This document shows positions 18,873 through 35,745 of a stretch of 64,000 nt of DNA, piece after piece. Origin of the DNA: Phaeosaccion multiseriatum (Eukaryota; Protista; Ochrophyta, other classes). Each line of letters begins with the position of its first letter. Position 1 is the stretch's first letter. The notes under the pieces were generated by a model. The model had not been told where the DNA came from. It was given only the letters and a program-made list of their open reading frames with translations, and ran no database searches. The position numbers and the translations under genes are program-made. The stretch covers positions 372,001 to 436,000 of the forward strand of contig OZ218965.1 in assembly GCA_965112735.1 (NCBI GenBank), read 5' to 3'.

Positions 18873-20647
18873 AAGAGAGAGAAAGAGAGACAGAGAGAAA
18901 GAGAGAGAGAGAAAGAGAGACAGAGAGAAAGAGAGAAAGAGAGAGAGAGAAAGAGACAAGAGAGAAAGAGAGAAAGAGAGGCAGAGACAGCGCACCTTCC
19001 CCCCCTCCACCTTGCCCTGCCCTGGCCTGTGCCCTGCCCTGGCCTGTGCCCTGCCCTGGCCTGGCCTGCCCCATCCCCCCCTGCCCGGCTCATTCAGTCG
19101 CGGCTCATTCAGTCGCTTACCTTTGTGTTGCGCATCCTGGACCCCTGCAGCAGCCCAAACGTGGTGATCCGGACCTGATCAAGGTCCCTGCCAGGGGCCT
19201 CCACCAGGGCTCCATCTCCGAGACCGTCCACTAGGCACGCGCCCACGGTGGCCCCCACGCCCAGGATGAACTAAAAGTAGAGTAAAGGCATACGGGCAAG
19301 GCAGGAATATGGGCGGAGCGGGGGGTTGTGATGAGGAGTTGGAACTGCGGAAGGAAAAGGGAAAGGGAAAGGGAAAGGAAAATGAAAGGGGCTTCTTCAT
19401 CCCCTCCTCGCCGCTTGGGCTTCTTGTTGACTTATACTATGCTGCCCCCACTCCCCTTGGCTCCTTTTGTTGACTTACGGTGTCCTTGGAGGTAGCCTTG
19501 TCGGAGGACATGACGAGGTGGTGGATCACAGGGAGGTCGCAGCCCGACTGCTCCAGGGATTCGAACACGCGACGAGCGGCGTGCACGTGGGCAATGCCGT
19601 GGGGTACCTGAGCGAGGGGTTGGGGTGGGAGGGGATGAGTGAGGGAGGGAGAGAGGGAGTGACTGAGTGACGGAGTGACGGAGTGATTGAGTGATTGAAA
19701 GAGTGAGCAAGGAAGTGACTGAGTGACGGAGTGATTGAGTGATTGAAAGAGTGAGCAAGGGAGTGATTGAGTGAGTGAGTGAGTGAGTGAGTCAGTGAGT
19801 GAGTGAGTGACTGAGTGAGTGAGTGAGTGAGTGAGTGAGCGAGTAAGTGAGTGAGTGAGTGAGTGAGTGAGTGAGTGAGTGAGTGATTGAGTGAGTGAAT
19901 GGGTGAGTGAGTGAGTGAGTGAGTGATTGAGTGAGTGATTGAGTGAGTGAATGTGTGAATGAGTGAGTGAGTGAGTGAATGAGTGAGTGAGTGAGTGAGT
20001 GAGTGAGTGAGTGAGTGAGTGAGCGAGTGAGTGAGTGAATGAGTGAGTGAGTGAGTGAGTGAGTGAGTGATTGAGTGAGTGAATGGGTGAGTGAGTGAGT
20101 GAGTGAGTGATTGAGTGAGTGATTGAGTGAGTGAACGTGTGAATGAGTGAGTGAGTGAATGAGTGAGTGAGTGAATGAGTGAGTGAGTGATTGAGTGGTT
20201 GAATGAGTGAGTGAGTGAGTGAGTGAGTGAGTGAGTGAGTGAGTGAGTGAGTGAGCGAGTGATTGAGTGAGTGAATGTGAGAGCGAGTTAGTGAGCCCCG
20301 AGGTCAGCTCACCCTCCCACCTCCCTCCCCGCTCCACGTCCCTCCCTCCTCCCTTCCCACCGACCTTGAGCATTATGAACATGGCGTCCATGTCCTTGAG
20401 GCTCTGCAGCTCGGCGTCGGTTTCCGTGCCCTCCACCACCACCACCATGCGGCGAGTCCCCTCGGGGAGGGACACAGGACCCTTTGCGGCCTCAGAGAGC
20501 GTCACAGCCGCGATTGAGTTGGGCATCGGATTGGCCTCCAGGGCAGAGAGGGGCGCCACCAGACCAACACCGACCTCCTATGGGGGGGGGGGATGGCAGT
20601 GGGTGGTGGGAGGGGTCAGATACGGTACAGCGCCCAGCAGGAAGGAT

Positions 20648-20683
<36 letters not shown>

Positions 20684-20807
20684 CCCACCTATACTCACAC
20701 ACACACAGACCCACAGCTATACACGTATACAGCCACACACACACAACACACACACACAACACACACACCCTCACACACACTCCTTCACCCACATACCCAC
20801 GCCCACG

Positions 20808-20851
<44 letters not shown>

Positions 20852-21226
20852 GTCCCTCCCTCCCTCCCTCACCTGCAAGCGCCTGATGGCGGTCCGGGCA
20901 ACGGTGTTGTCCGCCGCCGGAGTCTCATACATGAAGATGGTGTCGCAAGTGGCCACGTCCTTGAAGGGCATGCCCACGGCCAGTTTGGCCCCCAGTTTCT
21001 TGTACGTCAGCTCCGCCTGCCCTCCCTCGAAGTCTGCAACGTCGACCTTGGCGAGCACTGAGCCGTCTCTGTGCAGAACATTCCGCAGGTCTACCACGTC
21101 GCTCTCTCTTTGGGTGGGGAGGGCACCAGTGCGGCTGGAGAAGGATTGGAATTGGCGCTTGGTCTCTGTGAACTCGGGCACAGCGCTGAAGGCCTGTCGG
21201 GGGAGGGAGGGAGGGAGGGGGGGAGA

Positions 21227-21268
<42 letters not shown>

Positions 21269-24200
21269 GGGAGAGACCAAGAGAGAGAAGAGCGAAAGGG
21301 GCGGAGAGAGAGATAGAGAGGGAGAGGCGACAGGTCGGTTAGCACAGCGGCCATCCATCCCTGCCCCCCCTCTTCCCTACCCCCTACCCCATACCCAGCT
21401 GCTGCCGTGATGCACAAGATGGGAAAGCACCGGTCATGGCACAGACAGGCTAAATCATGGGACTGGTCTCGTCCGCCCCGTAGGGAGGAGAGGAGAGGAG
21501 AGGAGAGGAGAGGAGAGGAGGGATCAGTGAGTGATTGGGGCTGGGCGGTCGGTTGGTCGGACGCGCCCCCCCCCCCTTACCCTACCTACTCTCATCGGCC
21601 CTCATTCGCTCCTTCATTGACTGATTGACTGACTGATTGATTGACTCACTGCCACTCACTCATACTCTCCCTGATTGACTAGTTGACTGACTGATTGACT
21701 TACTCACAGCCACTCACTCACATCCCCCCTGAAGGACTGACTACACCAAGTAGTGATTGACTGACTGACTGACTGATTGACTCTTAGTGATTGACTGAAT
21801 GACTGACACCAGGTAGTGATTGACTGACTCACCGCCTGGTCCTGCACAAGAGTCTTGCCCAGGTCCGCGAGTGTGGAGCACGGCTCAAGCTCGAACTCGG
21901 GGTCCTCCGTGAGGGACACGCGGATGGTGTCTCCCAGCCCGTCCTGGGGGAGGGGGGATGGCAGTGGATGGGGGTGGGGGATGGCAGTGGAGGGAGGAGG
22001 GCACGGAGCACGAGGGCGAGATGAAGAAGCGACTCACATCAACAGGGGAGGGGCTCCGCGTTCATGTGCCCATCAACAGTCCATCAACAGTCCATCAACA
22101 GTCCATCAACAGTCCATCAACAGCCCATCAACAGTCCATCAACAGTCCATCAACAGTCCATCAACAGTCCATCGTACAAAGAGACAGACAGACAGACCGA
22201 CACACCCACAAATCCCTGCCCCCCTCCCTCCCTCTCTCCCTCGTACGTAAGTCAATAGAATTCCCTCCCTCCCTCCCACCTGCAGCAGCGTGCCGATGCC
22301 GATGGCGCTCTTCATCCTCCCGTCCTCCCCCTCCCCCGCCTCCGTCACTCCAAGATGCAGCGGGTAGTCCCATTCCCGTCGGTACATCTCGGCTGCCAGC
22401 AAGCGGTAGCCCTGTTGGAGGAGGTCAATCACCACTCAGGCAGTCAGCACACATGCATGCAATACATACATATATGACGTGTCACAGGTAGCGGTAGCAC
22501 CAACAGCAGCAGCAAACCAAACCCCGCCACCGCCATGCCTCTTCTGAAGGAAGCGCGGCCCTGAGACAAGCCTCTGAAACAAACCCCTGAAGGAAGGAAG
22601 GAAGGAAGGAAGGAAGGAAACGAGTGCCCTTCCCCTCCTGCTCCTCGCTGACTTACTGCTCCTCGTTGACTTACTGACCAACCTCCTGCACCTCACTGAC
22701 TTACTGACTGACCTGCACCATGACGAGTGGGTTGGAAGCCTTCATGGAGAAGAGAAAGTTGTGAAAGTCCCTCTCCCGACACATCTCGGCGAACTCATTG
22801 GCGGACTCCACCATACCCCGGGGGGTGTCGCCGTAGAAGCTCAGCACACGAGCCGAAAGAGAGCCTGAGGAAAGGGAGAGGTGAGGTGAGGTGAGGTGAG
22901 GTGAGTCGAGTGGAAAGGAAGAGGTGAGGTGAGGTGAGGTGAGGTGAGGTGAGGTGAGGTGAGGTGAGTCGAGTCGAGCTGCACACTGAGCCTTGAACAC
23001 TGGGGCGGCCTCAGGCGTATGTCATCGACATGGAGCGAAGCGTGTGTCGGCGGTACTCATGTCAAGCTTTGTGTCGGCGGTACAAGTATGTCAGTGGGAC
23101 TGTACAAATATGTCAGTGAGTGTGCCCCACACACTTGCCATGGTTGGTGCCGATGCGGATGCAGCGGTCGAGGTCCTTGCACTTCTGCACCAGGGGGTCG
23201 AACAGCTCCTGGATGTGCTCGCGGTCAGCGTCGAAGGCCGCCTTGTCCTCGTACACCATCTGAAACACAAAGAGAGAGACAAGGAGGTAGGGGGGGGTGG
23301 AGCCTTCCTTTGAGCCCTTCATTCACTTCATTTACCCCCCACCAATGGCTGTGACAGGCTGTGGGTTTGTCCATTCAGGGTTCAATGTGAGCGACACGTC
23401 TTATCGCTGTCTCTGCTTCGACATCTCCCCCCCCCCCTCCAAGCAACAACAACCAACCCACCCACCTCGTCAAAGGTCTTCCTCCCATCAGCGAAGTTGC
23501 CCGGGTTGACCCTGATCTTCTCAAAGGCATCAGCCACGAGCATGGCGATGTGTGGGCTGAAGTGAATGTCGGCCACGAGGGGTACGTCGTAGCCCTTCTG
23601 AAACAGCTTGTCCCTGATCTTGCCGCACGCCTCGGCTTCCTTCTTACCCTGCACCGTGATACGCACGAGGTCGGCACCTGCGTCTGCGCAGCGCATCACC
23701 TGTGTGGAGAGCGAGTGGAGAGCGAGTGGAGTGGTGGAGTGGCAGAGTCGCAGAGGGGCAGGACAAAGAGAGGGTGGACGTCGGTGGGAGGGGTCAGGTC
23801 ACCACACACATATACACACACACACACACTCCCGTCTCCTGCCTCTGGCCTCATGCCTCCTCCCCCCCTTCCCCCCCTCCCTCCCTTCCGATTGCCTGAT
23901 CACTCACTGACCTGATCTACCGTGGCGGACACGTCCCTGGTGTCAGTGGTGGTCATGGTCTGCTTTGCGATGCGGTGCTCGCTGCCGATGGGCACCTTGC
24001 CCGCCCAGACCGTCCTTGTGGGTCTCCTCGTGGTAGCGTACACGCTCTCGCAGTACTTATCCATGTCCTCCAGTCGTAGGATGCGCCCCTCCCCCTCCCC
24101 GCCGTCCTGTTGGAGCAGAGAGAGTGGGGAAGAGATAGAAGAGAGAAGAAGATAGAGGGGGGCGGGGAGAGAAGAGAGAGGGCGGGACCGAGGAAGAGAG

Positions 24201-24482
24201 GGTGGGGAGGAGGAGGACCAGAGAGAGTTCAGATGGGCTCCACAAAACGAGGCTCCTCCTACGCGAAACGGCTCCTATACAAAAGCGAAACGTGTGTGTA
24301 ATAGTGTCCCTCTGCTCACGTACCATAGTCATGCCCTGGCGTTGTTGCTTCGTCCTGCTGCAGCTGCTGCTGCTGCTTCGGCCTGCATGTTGCAGCACTA
24401 AAGGAGGCGCAAACGCTGCCGTCAGCGCGACACTGCTACTGCCAAGAGCAAGCGCCGCTCCCAGGACCTTCACAGGGGCCAT
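17466..24482 (-). CDS. ispG: 4-hydroxy-3-methylbut-2-enyl diphosphate synthase (HDS/GcpE), long plant-type, complex-plastid targeted
   Basis: [26 protein letters not shown] (signal + ASAFAP-like); QTMTTTDT; [11 protein letters not shown]; PLVADIHF; KIRVNPGNF; RIGTNHGSLS; SMKASNP; [25 protein letters not shown]; [12 protein letters not shown]; 4Fe-4S motifs SCPSCGRT and IMGCIVNG. Confidence 0.97.
19655..20280. repeat. (GAGT)n-type microsatellite in ispG intron
   Basis: Directly visible, imperfect. Confidence 0.93.
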
Positions 24483-24723
24483 GGCTCTCTTCTGGAGTGA
24501 AGAGGATCGGGCTTCCTGCCGCTGGGTTGCTCTGTGTTGCTGTTTATTACTCTTACTACTGCTCATGTGCGAGGGAGGCAAAGGAGGCTAAAAAATCTGC
24601 AACAGATACCCCGGGGGGCTTTACTTTTTCTTTGTGCTTAGTAAAGACTTTGATCGGACTTTTTCTAATAGAGAGCTTTACGGGGCAACAACAACGATAA
24701 GCAACAGCAATAGCGCTACTACA

Positions 24724-25258
24724 ATGGCTACTACACGTTCCGCCGTGCTGGGAGGGTTCAAGAGACTGATGCGGGCCCGGCAAGGACTCTTCCAAAGTGA
24801 CACCCACGCCCTCGTCGCCTCGAGGGAGGCCATCCGGCTGGAGATTATGAAGAACAAGGGCGTGACCGACGAGAAGCAGCTGGGTAAGTCCCGAGAGGAA
24901 GGACTTGGATGGGGCAGGTTCGCGGAGGTGGGAGAGGTGTGCAGACTACTATTTCTTACCCAGGCCATCCCTCCTCTTCCTTTCCGCTGGCTTGGCTACA
25001 GGTATGATGGTGAAGGGTTTGGCAGAGGCGGAGGACATGCTCAGGTACAATTTGGTGCAGGGGAAGCTGAACGAGCGAGGCAATTACGCGATGAAGGTGT
25101 CGAAGGATCACACGCTGACCATGCAGGACCGGGCAGAGCTGCAGCTCATGGACGCCGAGTTCGCCGATAGCGTGGAGGCGGACAAGAGCAAGCCAGAGCC
25201 AGAGGAGCAGAAGGGCACGGGCAATACAGTGACGCACCACACGCCACCGCCTCTGTGA
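24724..25258 (+). CDS. LYRM7: LYR-motif mitochondrial protein, MZM1/LYRM7-like complex III assembly factor, 2 exons
   Basis: MATTRSAVLGGFKRLMRARQGLFQSDTHALVASREAIR..KNK..|..EAEDMLRYNLVQGK resembles LYRM7 (F/YRxLxR..F..D..L..AR..F..N..L..NVVQG). Confidence 0.75.
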
Positions 25259-26076
25259 GAGAAGCGCTTGTGACGGGAAGAGCTGTGGTGGAGGTGTGCG
25301 ACCCCTGTTTTGATGCACACAACGACCCGAAGGAGCTGCCCACACAAAAGCAGTGTTTTGCCTTGGCAGCGGGGGAGCCCGGCTCACCCCGCCGAATTGG
25401 TTGTTCCAGTCGAACGGCCCAGGACATCCTACTCTGCCCCTGTTCTGGGAAGAGTAGAGCTTTCGAGAGGAGGAGTGGGCCATGGAAAGAGACTCAGCCT
25501 CTGCTCCTGCAGCCTCCGCGCCTTTATACCCGTTTCGATCTCTACTCATGTCGTGGCGGTGGCAGGGGGCGGGACGCGTGAGGCGGGAGGCGGGAGATAC
25601 GGCGCTTCCACCCTTTGGCCAGCGCCAATCTGTCAGCTACTTACGATACACAGTTGGGAACGCGCCATATAAGACCATGCGTGCTGTGCCGCTCGGCATC
25701 AAAGTAGGAAGGGTGGTATGGTCAAGATCGGTTCACCGGCTCAATGGTCCGTGGACAGACGCTCTTCAACTTCGAAGCGGACTGTGATGCCACACACCTC
25801 TTGGTAGCAGCACGAGTTGGAACTCTTTTTCACAGATGGCGTGTTCCCGGAGAAGGTGGCGTATGCCCCGCCATGCCGTCCGTTCGGGCTATCTGTCGGC
25901 AAGCCAATCAAAGCCAATGCGGCAGAGAGCGGACTCCGTCGGAGGAGGAGAAGAGGGAGAAGAAGGGCAATTTTCCGTCGCCAGCTGTGAGCGTGGAGGT
26001 AGAGGACAGGAAGATAAAATTTCAGTTTCACTTTTTGCAAACGGTTGAGCCCATTTTCTCCTGCATAATTATCCCG

Positions 26077-29000
26077 ATGGGAGAGCCACGCCTGGGGGTC
26101 GTTCCCTCACGCTTGTCCTTCGTGGCTCCTGCGCCATCTTCCAAGGCACCTGCAGCTGCAATTCTTTTCTCTCTTAGCAACCCGTCGTCGAAGAGTCTTG
26201 TTTTTAAAGTCAAGACCACCGCCCCACAAGCAATCGGCAAGATCCTTCCGGGTGAGGGAGTCATCCCTCCCAAGGCAAAGTGCTCCATTGAGATACAGCC
26301 TCGTACGGGCCTGCCAGGTGTTGCTAAGGCTGGCATTGGTGGGAGGTCGGACGGGCCTCGATTCCAGGTAGGGGGCATTCAGCTTTGAAGGAAAACAAAT
26401 CCGAGTGATCAGCGATAAAGCTACAGGAACGGGATCGGTCTACTCCAAGGAGACTCTCTCTCTCTTCCTTTGTTCCTTATCAATGCTTGTTTTGCCTTGC
26501 TCCTCTTTCTCTCCCGCCAGGTAAGGCACTTGTTCCTGGACGAGCAAGTGGCGTCCGCACTGTCCTCCTCGCAGCTGAAGCGCGGGGTGTGGCAGGAGGC
26601 TTCCTACCAGTCCGCTCTGCAAAGCACCGTCATCGAGAGTGACGTTACGCTCTCGGAGGAGGTGGAACAGGGGGCGGGGGAGGAGGGGGAGGAAGAGGAG
26701 GAGGAGGAAGAGAAGGAGAAGGAGCCGGTGGTCAAGGAGGATAAGAAGGAGAAGGAGCAGGTGGTCAAGGAGGAGCCAAGAGGAAGAGGGAAGAAGCGCG
26801 AGCAAAATGTGCCCCCCGCACAGAGTGTCCGCGGGCGCTTTGCAGCTCGAGGCAAGAAGGAGCAGGCCGACAACCTCCACATCAACACCAGGGCCTGGTC
26901 GCCCGCTGGTCGAGACAGCAGCCGTGGGGCGGGATCTCCTCCCCGGGGGGGCTCTCCCCGGCGGGCACAGGTCCCGTCCGCCCATATGTTGGGACTGCTT
27001 GTGAAGAATGTAAGCAGAGGCGCCCCCCTGAATGGGAGCGAAGTGGAGGAGCTCAGAGCGGCAAGAGCGGCGCTCTCGGCCGAAGGGTGGCAGTACTGGC
27101 TCATGCTCGCCAGGGAGGAGAGGGGCCGGAGGAGGGCACAGGAGGGGAGGGGGGGGGCTGGCTCTGGCTCTATCTCTGCCTCAGTCGCTGAGAGTGTCAC
27201 TGTGGCTGCTGGGGCCTCTGGTGGTGCTCCCACATTGCCTCCAAGCCCTGAGGTAGACGGGAAAGGGACAGCAACAGCAGGGGCGGTAGCAGCGGTAGTG
27301 CCAACAGCAGCAGAGACAGACGGAAAGGACCCAGCAGCAGCTCCAACACCACCACCAACACCCCCACCGGCACAATCAGCAACACCAGCAACACCAACAG
27401 CACCAGCAGCTTCAGTGCCGCCCTCCCCCCCCCCGTCTCCGAGCGCGCTGCAGGCCCGCCTGTCGGCCCTCATGCCCGTCCTCGAGGCGAGTGAGGCCGC
27501 TGCGAGGCTAGCCAGTGAGGCTCTGTCCAGCCTGGCCCCAGGGGGGGGCGGCAGTAGTCCCCAGGGGGGGCAGCTGGCCGACTGGGCCGAGACCATTCTT
27601 CTGTTTCAGGAACGCGCGGCGGACGTTGAGCCTCTGCTGCGGCAGGCGATAATGGCCTGTCCAGCAGTAGAGGGCAATGGCGCGAGGAGGGCCACTCCTG
27701 CCATGGCCGGTCAGGTGCGGTGGTGACGTCAGTGTTGAGTAGTAGAGGAAAGGAAAGGACACTCCCCTCCCTTCACCCATTGTGTCTAAATGCGAACCCA
27801 TCATGTGCTCCTCTGTCCTGACTTTCTCAGACCTGACCCCTTGTATTTCCTCTCCACCCCTCTTCACTTCACTTCACCTCACTTCACTTCACTTCACTTC
27901 ACTTCACAGTTGGTGGAGATGGCGGGCGCTGCTGCTGCGATGCGCGGACTCACTACGGGACTCCGAGGCGACTTGTACACATGCTTCGAGGGACTCGGGG
28001 AAGACCTCGCTCTCTTCGTTGACGGCATCAGTCGCTTAGCCAAGGGGAGAGGGGTGAGGGAGGGTTTCCGGTCGGGGTGGGCCTGCAGCAGCGGGCAAGA
28101 CGGCACGACGGGCGGGGGGAAGGGGAGGGGCGAAGGTGCACATGCACATCCGTCCTCGGTAGGGAGTGCACGTACAGGAGGCGACGATGGTGCCGCAGCT
28201 TGTCAACAGAGAGGGCTGAAGGTGTGGTGCCGAGTGCACTTGGCAGCAGAGCAGGGGGGGGGAGCAGCTGCCCAACAGGTGGAGGTACGTAGGGACGCCT
28301 CCTCTCAGGGGGTCAAGGTGGTGCTTCACGGCGGGGATGGCGACGACGCCCCAATGGCCTTCCTCTTCGACAAAGCCTTCAAGCAGGAGGGGCCATTGCT
28401 GCAAACTGGAGGTCTGCTGCAAGCGCTGCTGCCGGGGCTCGATGGCACCATACGCAAGGCCCACCGACAGGCAGCACGAGGACGCACAGAAGCAGAGCAG
28501 TTGGTACTACAGCAGCAGCCGCCGCCGCCGCCGCTGGTGGCCACATTCCTGAGCTCGGGTTCAGCTCGGCTCGGCAAAGGGGACGTGTTCGAGGGGAGAG
28601 GGGCGGCGGAGAGGGGCCTCATGTCTCTCGTGATCGAGAAGGTGCGTTGGGACGGAGGGTGAGGGTGTCAGGACAGAGGGGTGGGGGGTGTCAGGACAGA
28701 CGGGTGAGAGGTGTCAGGACAGAGGGGTGAGGGGTGTCAGGACAGAGGGGTGAGGGGTGTCAGGACAGACGGGTGAGGGGTGTCAGGACAGAGGGGTGAG
28801 GGGTGTCAGGACAGAGGGGTGAGGGGTGTCAGGACAGACGGGTGAGGGGTGTCAGGGCAGAGGGGTGAGGGGTGTCAGGACAGACGGGTGAGGGGTGTCA
28901 GGGCAGAGGGGTGAGGGGTGTCAGGACAGAGGGGTGAGGGGTGTCAGGGCAGAGGGGTGAGGGGTGTCAGGGCAGAGGGGTGAGGGGTGTCAGGACAGAG

Positions 29001-29900
29001 GGGTGAGGGGTGTCAGGGCAGAGGGGTGAGGGGTGTCAGGACAGACGGGTGAGGGGTGTCAGGGCAGACGGGTGAGGGGTGTCAGGACAGACGGGTGAGG
29101 GGTGTCAGGACAGACGGGTGAGGGGTGTCAGGACAGAGGGGTGAGGGTGCCGAGGTTGATGGGGTTGGGGGGGGGGGCGACGGAGGCCCATTCATGCATA
29201 CCCGTGCAGGTGCAGGCAAAGCGGTACAGTCGTAGTTCAGAAGGTCCGTAGGTAGGTCGGTCTGTCGCCTGCCGCCCGCCTTTTGCTGATGCCTGCCCAT
29301 ACGCCTGCCCATACGCCTGCCCATATGCCTGCCCATATGCCCGCCCTACCGGTTGATACGCTCTCAGATACTGTCCGCATTCGAGTGCTCCCCCTCTCGT
29401 CACTGGAGGGTGAGCATCTCGGCCCTGGAGATGTTCGGTGGTACCGTCACGGACCTCCTGGGCAGGCCCACAGAGGCCACCGGCAAGGAGAGAGGGCACT
29501 TCCGCCTAGAGCAGGTGAGGGTTGAGCAGTTGGTGATCCAGCAGCAGCCTCAGCGGTTGGTGATACACCGGTAGTAGCGGTTGGCTTGCTCGGAAGGGGC
29601 TCGAGCAGCTCCAGGAGTTCAAATGACATGCGTTTCTCTTGTTTTAACTTCTCTTGGTTCTTCTGCTGCTGCTGCTGTTGTACCACCAACTGCTACAGGA
29701 CCCCGTGAGCGGCGGATGGTACATTCGCAATGCAGCGACGGTGCGCCTTCAGAGCGTGGGGGATTTTGAGAGAGTCAGCGGCATCGTCACGGGGAGGAGG
29801 CGCCCTGCGTACGGCCGGGCCAAAGGTGAGGGGCGGGGGAGAGGGACGGGGAGGAGGGGGAGGAGGGGGAGGAGGGGGAGGAGGGGGAGGAGGGGGAGGA

Positions 29901-29931
<31 letters not shown>

Positions 29932-31707
29932 GAGGAGGAGGAGGAGGAGGAGGAGGAGGAGGAGGAGGAGGAGGAGGAGGAGGAGGAGGAGGAGGGGGTC
30001 ACTGCCTTGATGTAGCGGGGATGGATACAGGGTCAGACTGCGCCAGCTGTGAGCTGTCTCTGATGGGAGGGCGCTGCCCCGTTAGAGCGCTGCAGCCGCA
30101 GTTTATCCTTTCATTCGCTTCTGACTCAAGGACTGTATGACTGACTCAATGACTTTCTTCTGTCCCTCTCTCTCTCTCCCTCTCCCTCCCTCTCCCTCCC
30201 TCTCCCTCCTTCCCTCTCTTCCTTCCTTCTTCCTTGCTTCCTTCCTTGATTCTTTCTCTCCCTTCCTTCCTTCCTTCCGTCCCTTCCTTCCTTCCTTCCG
30301 TCCCTTGCTTGCTTGCTTGCTTGCTTCTTCCTTCCCTACCTACCTCCCTTCCTTCCGAACGTCCTCCCTCAATCCATCCTCCCTGTTCCCTCCCTCTCCC
30401 TACCGCTCTCCTAGGCTGCTCATCCATCGGCAGCAGCCATCCGCATGCTCACTGCGCGTGGTTCGTGTGCGTGAGCACCTGTACCGAGGATCACGACACG
30501 CCTCCCCACCCCCACCCGCACCCCCACCTCCACCCTCACCCTCAGGCTTCAGACGCCTCACATCCCTCAGTTGATGCCAAATCTGCTGCCAAATCTGCTG
30601 CTGATTCTGTGGTGGGACAGGATGTGCTCAAGCTGTGCTTCGTCGACGTCGCCGCCCCTGAGACGCTTGCTACATGGGAGGTGGAGGTGGAGGCGCCAGT
30701 TGGTGATACAGCAGACGGGGGGGCGGACAGAGACGGCCTCTCCCCGAGGGGGGCGCGAAGGGGTGGAGCAGCAGCGGTGGCGATGGAGAGTGACCCAATG
30801 CCCTGCCCCATGCCGTGGGAAGTGCCCTGGCAGGTGAGTGCCGCTGCCAGAGAGAGGAGGGGGGATAGGGGGAACTTCATTGACTTATTCATAGGAATGT
30901 AGGGGGTGAGGTGAGGTGGGGTGGCCTGTGCCTGGGGGGGGGCTTGTCTTCTCCCTGCTCTGCTCTGCTGCTCTGTTGACTCTTTGTGGTACAGTATAGT
31001 GCGGCGCGTGGGTGCGTGCGTGCAGCCCTATCGACCCTCCCCCTCACCCCCTCACCCCCTCACCCCCTCACCCGTATTTCCCTCCCCTCGCCGTACGTTT
31101 CTGCTTGCACTGGACTGATTGATGCACGGCACTCATTTGGTTGGTCCCGATCGATACGATAATGGCACTCGTTTGGTTTGGTTATCCGACTGAGAAGGAG
31201 TCTCGAGAAGTGGCCGAGGAGGAGGTGGGGGCCTTGGGGGAGGCTCTCCACTGCCTTAAGAGAGGCGAGCGGCCCCACCCGGCAGCGCTTGACGCCTCCT
31301 CCCTCACGCACTTCCTGCAGGAGATGCTCCTCTCAAACGACCCCGGGGGGGCTCCTCCTGCCCCGGGGGGGACAAGCTCTGCAGGACCGCAGCTACCCGT
31401 AGTCACTCTCGTTGCGAACATCGACGGGATCAACAAGCGGTGGAGGGACGAAGCGGCATCGACTCTGCTCTTTGCCGAGAGTGTGTGTAGTGGGGAGGGA
31501 GGGGAGGCAGGGGAGGGAGGGGAGGGAGGGGAGGGAGGAGAGGAGAGCGGGACAGCGGGGGCTGCTCAACAACAACCCCCTTGGGGAGGAGAACCCCCTT
31601 GGGGAGGAGAGCGAGGAGGAGAAGGAGGAGGAGGAGGAGGAGGAGGAGGAGGAGGAGGAGGAGAGGGAGAAGGAGGAGGAGGAGGAGGAGGAGGGGAACA
31701 AGGAGGA

Positions 31708-31744
<37 letters not shown>

Positions 31745-32075
31745 GAGGAGGAGGAGGAAGAGGAGGAGGAAGAGTAGGAGAAGGAGGAGGAGAAGAAGCA
31801 GGAGTATCCCCCTGGGGAGTAGAGCGAGGAGGAACAGGAGGAGGAGGAGCTTGGCGCTCGTCAGAGCCGCTGCCGCTCTCGTCATTCCCCTCAAGTGCGT
31901 CCCTCGCATCGGCGGGCAGCGGGAGAGTGGGAGGGCAGGGGACCCAGGCATATGGGCAGCAGCAGGCATATGGGCAGCAGCAGGCATATGGACGAGGCTC
32001 CTCCTTGAGCAGCTTGTCCTCCTCTCCTCGCCAAGAGAGCCTCCCTCGCCAGCGGCGGCAGCAGCAGGTGGTGAT

Positions 32076-32111
<36 letters not shown>

Positions 32112-32379
32112 CCTCGAGAGACTCCACCTTCGGCAGACGCAGCTGCAGCAGTACCAACTACAGCACCAGCATCAGTACCCTCCGCTGCTACAACAGCAGC
32201 AGCACCAGCAGCAGCACCAGCAGCAGCATCGCATGATGGGCGGTAGTGGGCCTGTGGCAGGGTCTGTGGCAGGGTCTGTGGCAGGGTCTGGTGGGGTGAT
32301 TTTGCGGCGGCCGCTCTCCACACAGAGGAGGAGGGAGGCAGCGTTCCTGCAACTGCAGTCCAGCAAGTGGAAGCTGTGA
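26077..32379 (+). CDS. MSP (VAP-type) domain + degenerate kinesin motor domain protein, about 7 exons, Q-rich tail
   Basis: N-term LSNPSSKSLVFKVKTTAP..PGEGVIPP (MSP). Kinesin motifs in order: LKVWCRV, FLFDKAF, GSARLGKG, GLMSLVIEK, VSISALEMFGGTVTDLL, HPHAH, LKLCFVDVAAPE, ALGEALHCL, SSLTHFLQEML, VTLVANI, STLLFA. Confidence 0.75.
28660..29145 (+). repeat. 23-bp minisatellite (GGGTGAGGGGTGTCAGGACAGAG)n in pseudo-kinesin intron
   Basis: About 20 tandem copies visible. Confidence 0.95.
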
Positions 32380-32490
32380 AGCTTGCTTGGAGAGCTCGGA
32401 TAAACCAATTGTAATGGTACTGTATTGATACCCTATACCCCTTATTCCCTCCCCTTCGCTAGTAACCTTCCCTTCCCTCCGGCCTCCGAT

Positions 32491-35745
<3,255 letters not shown>

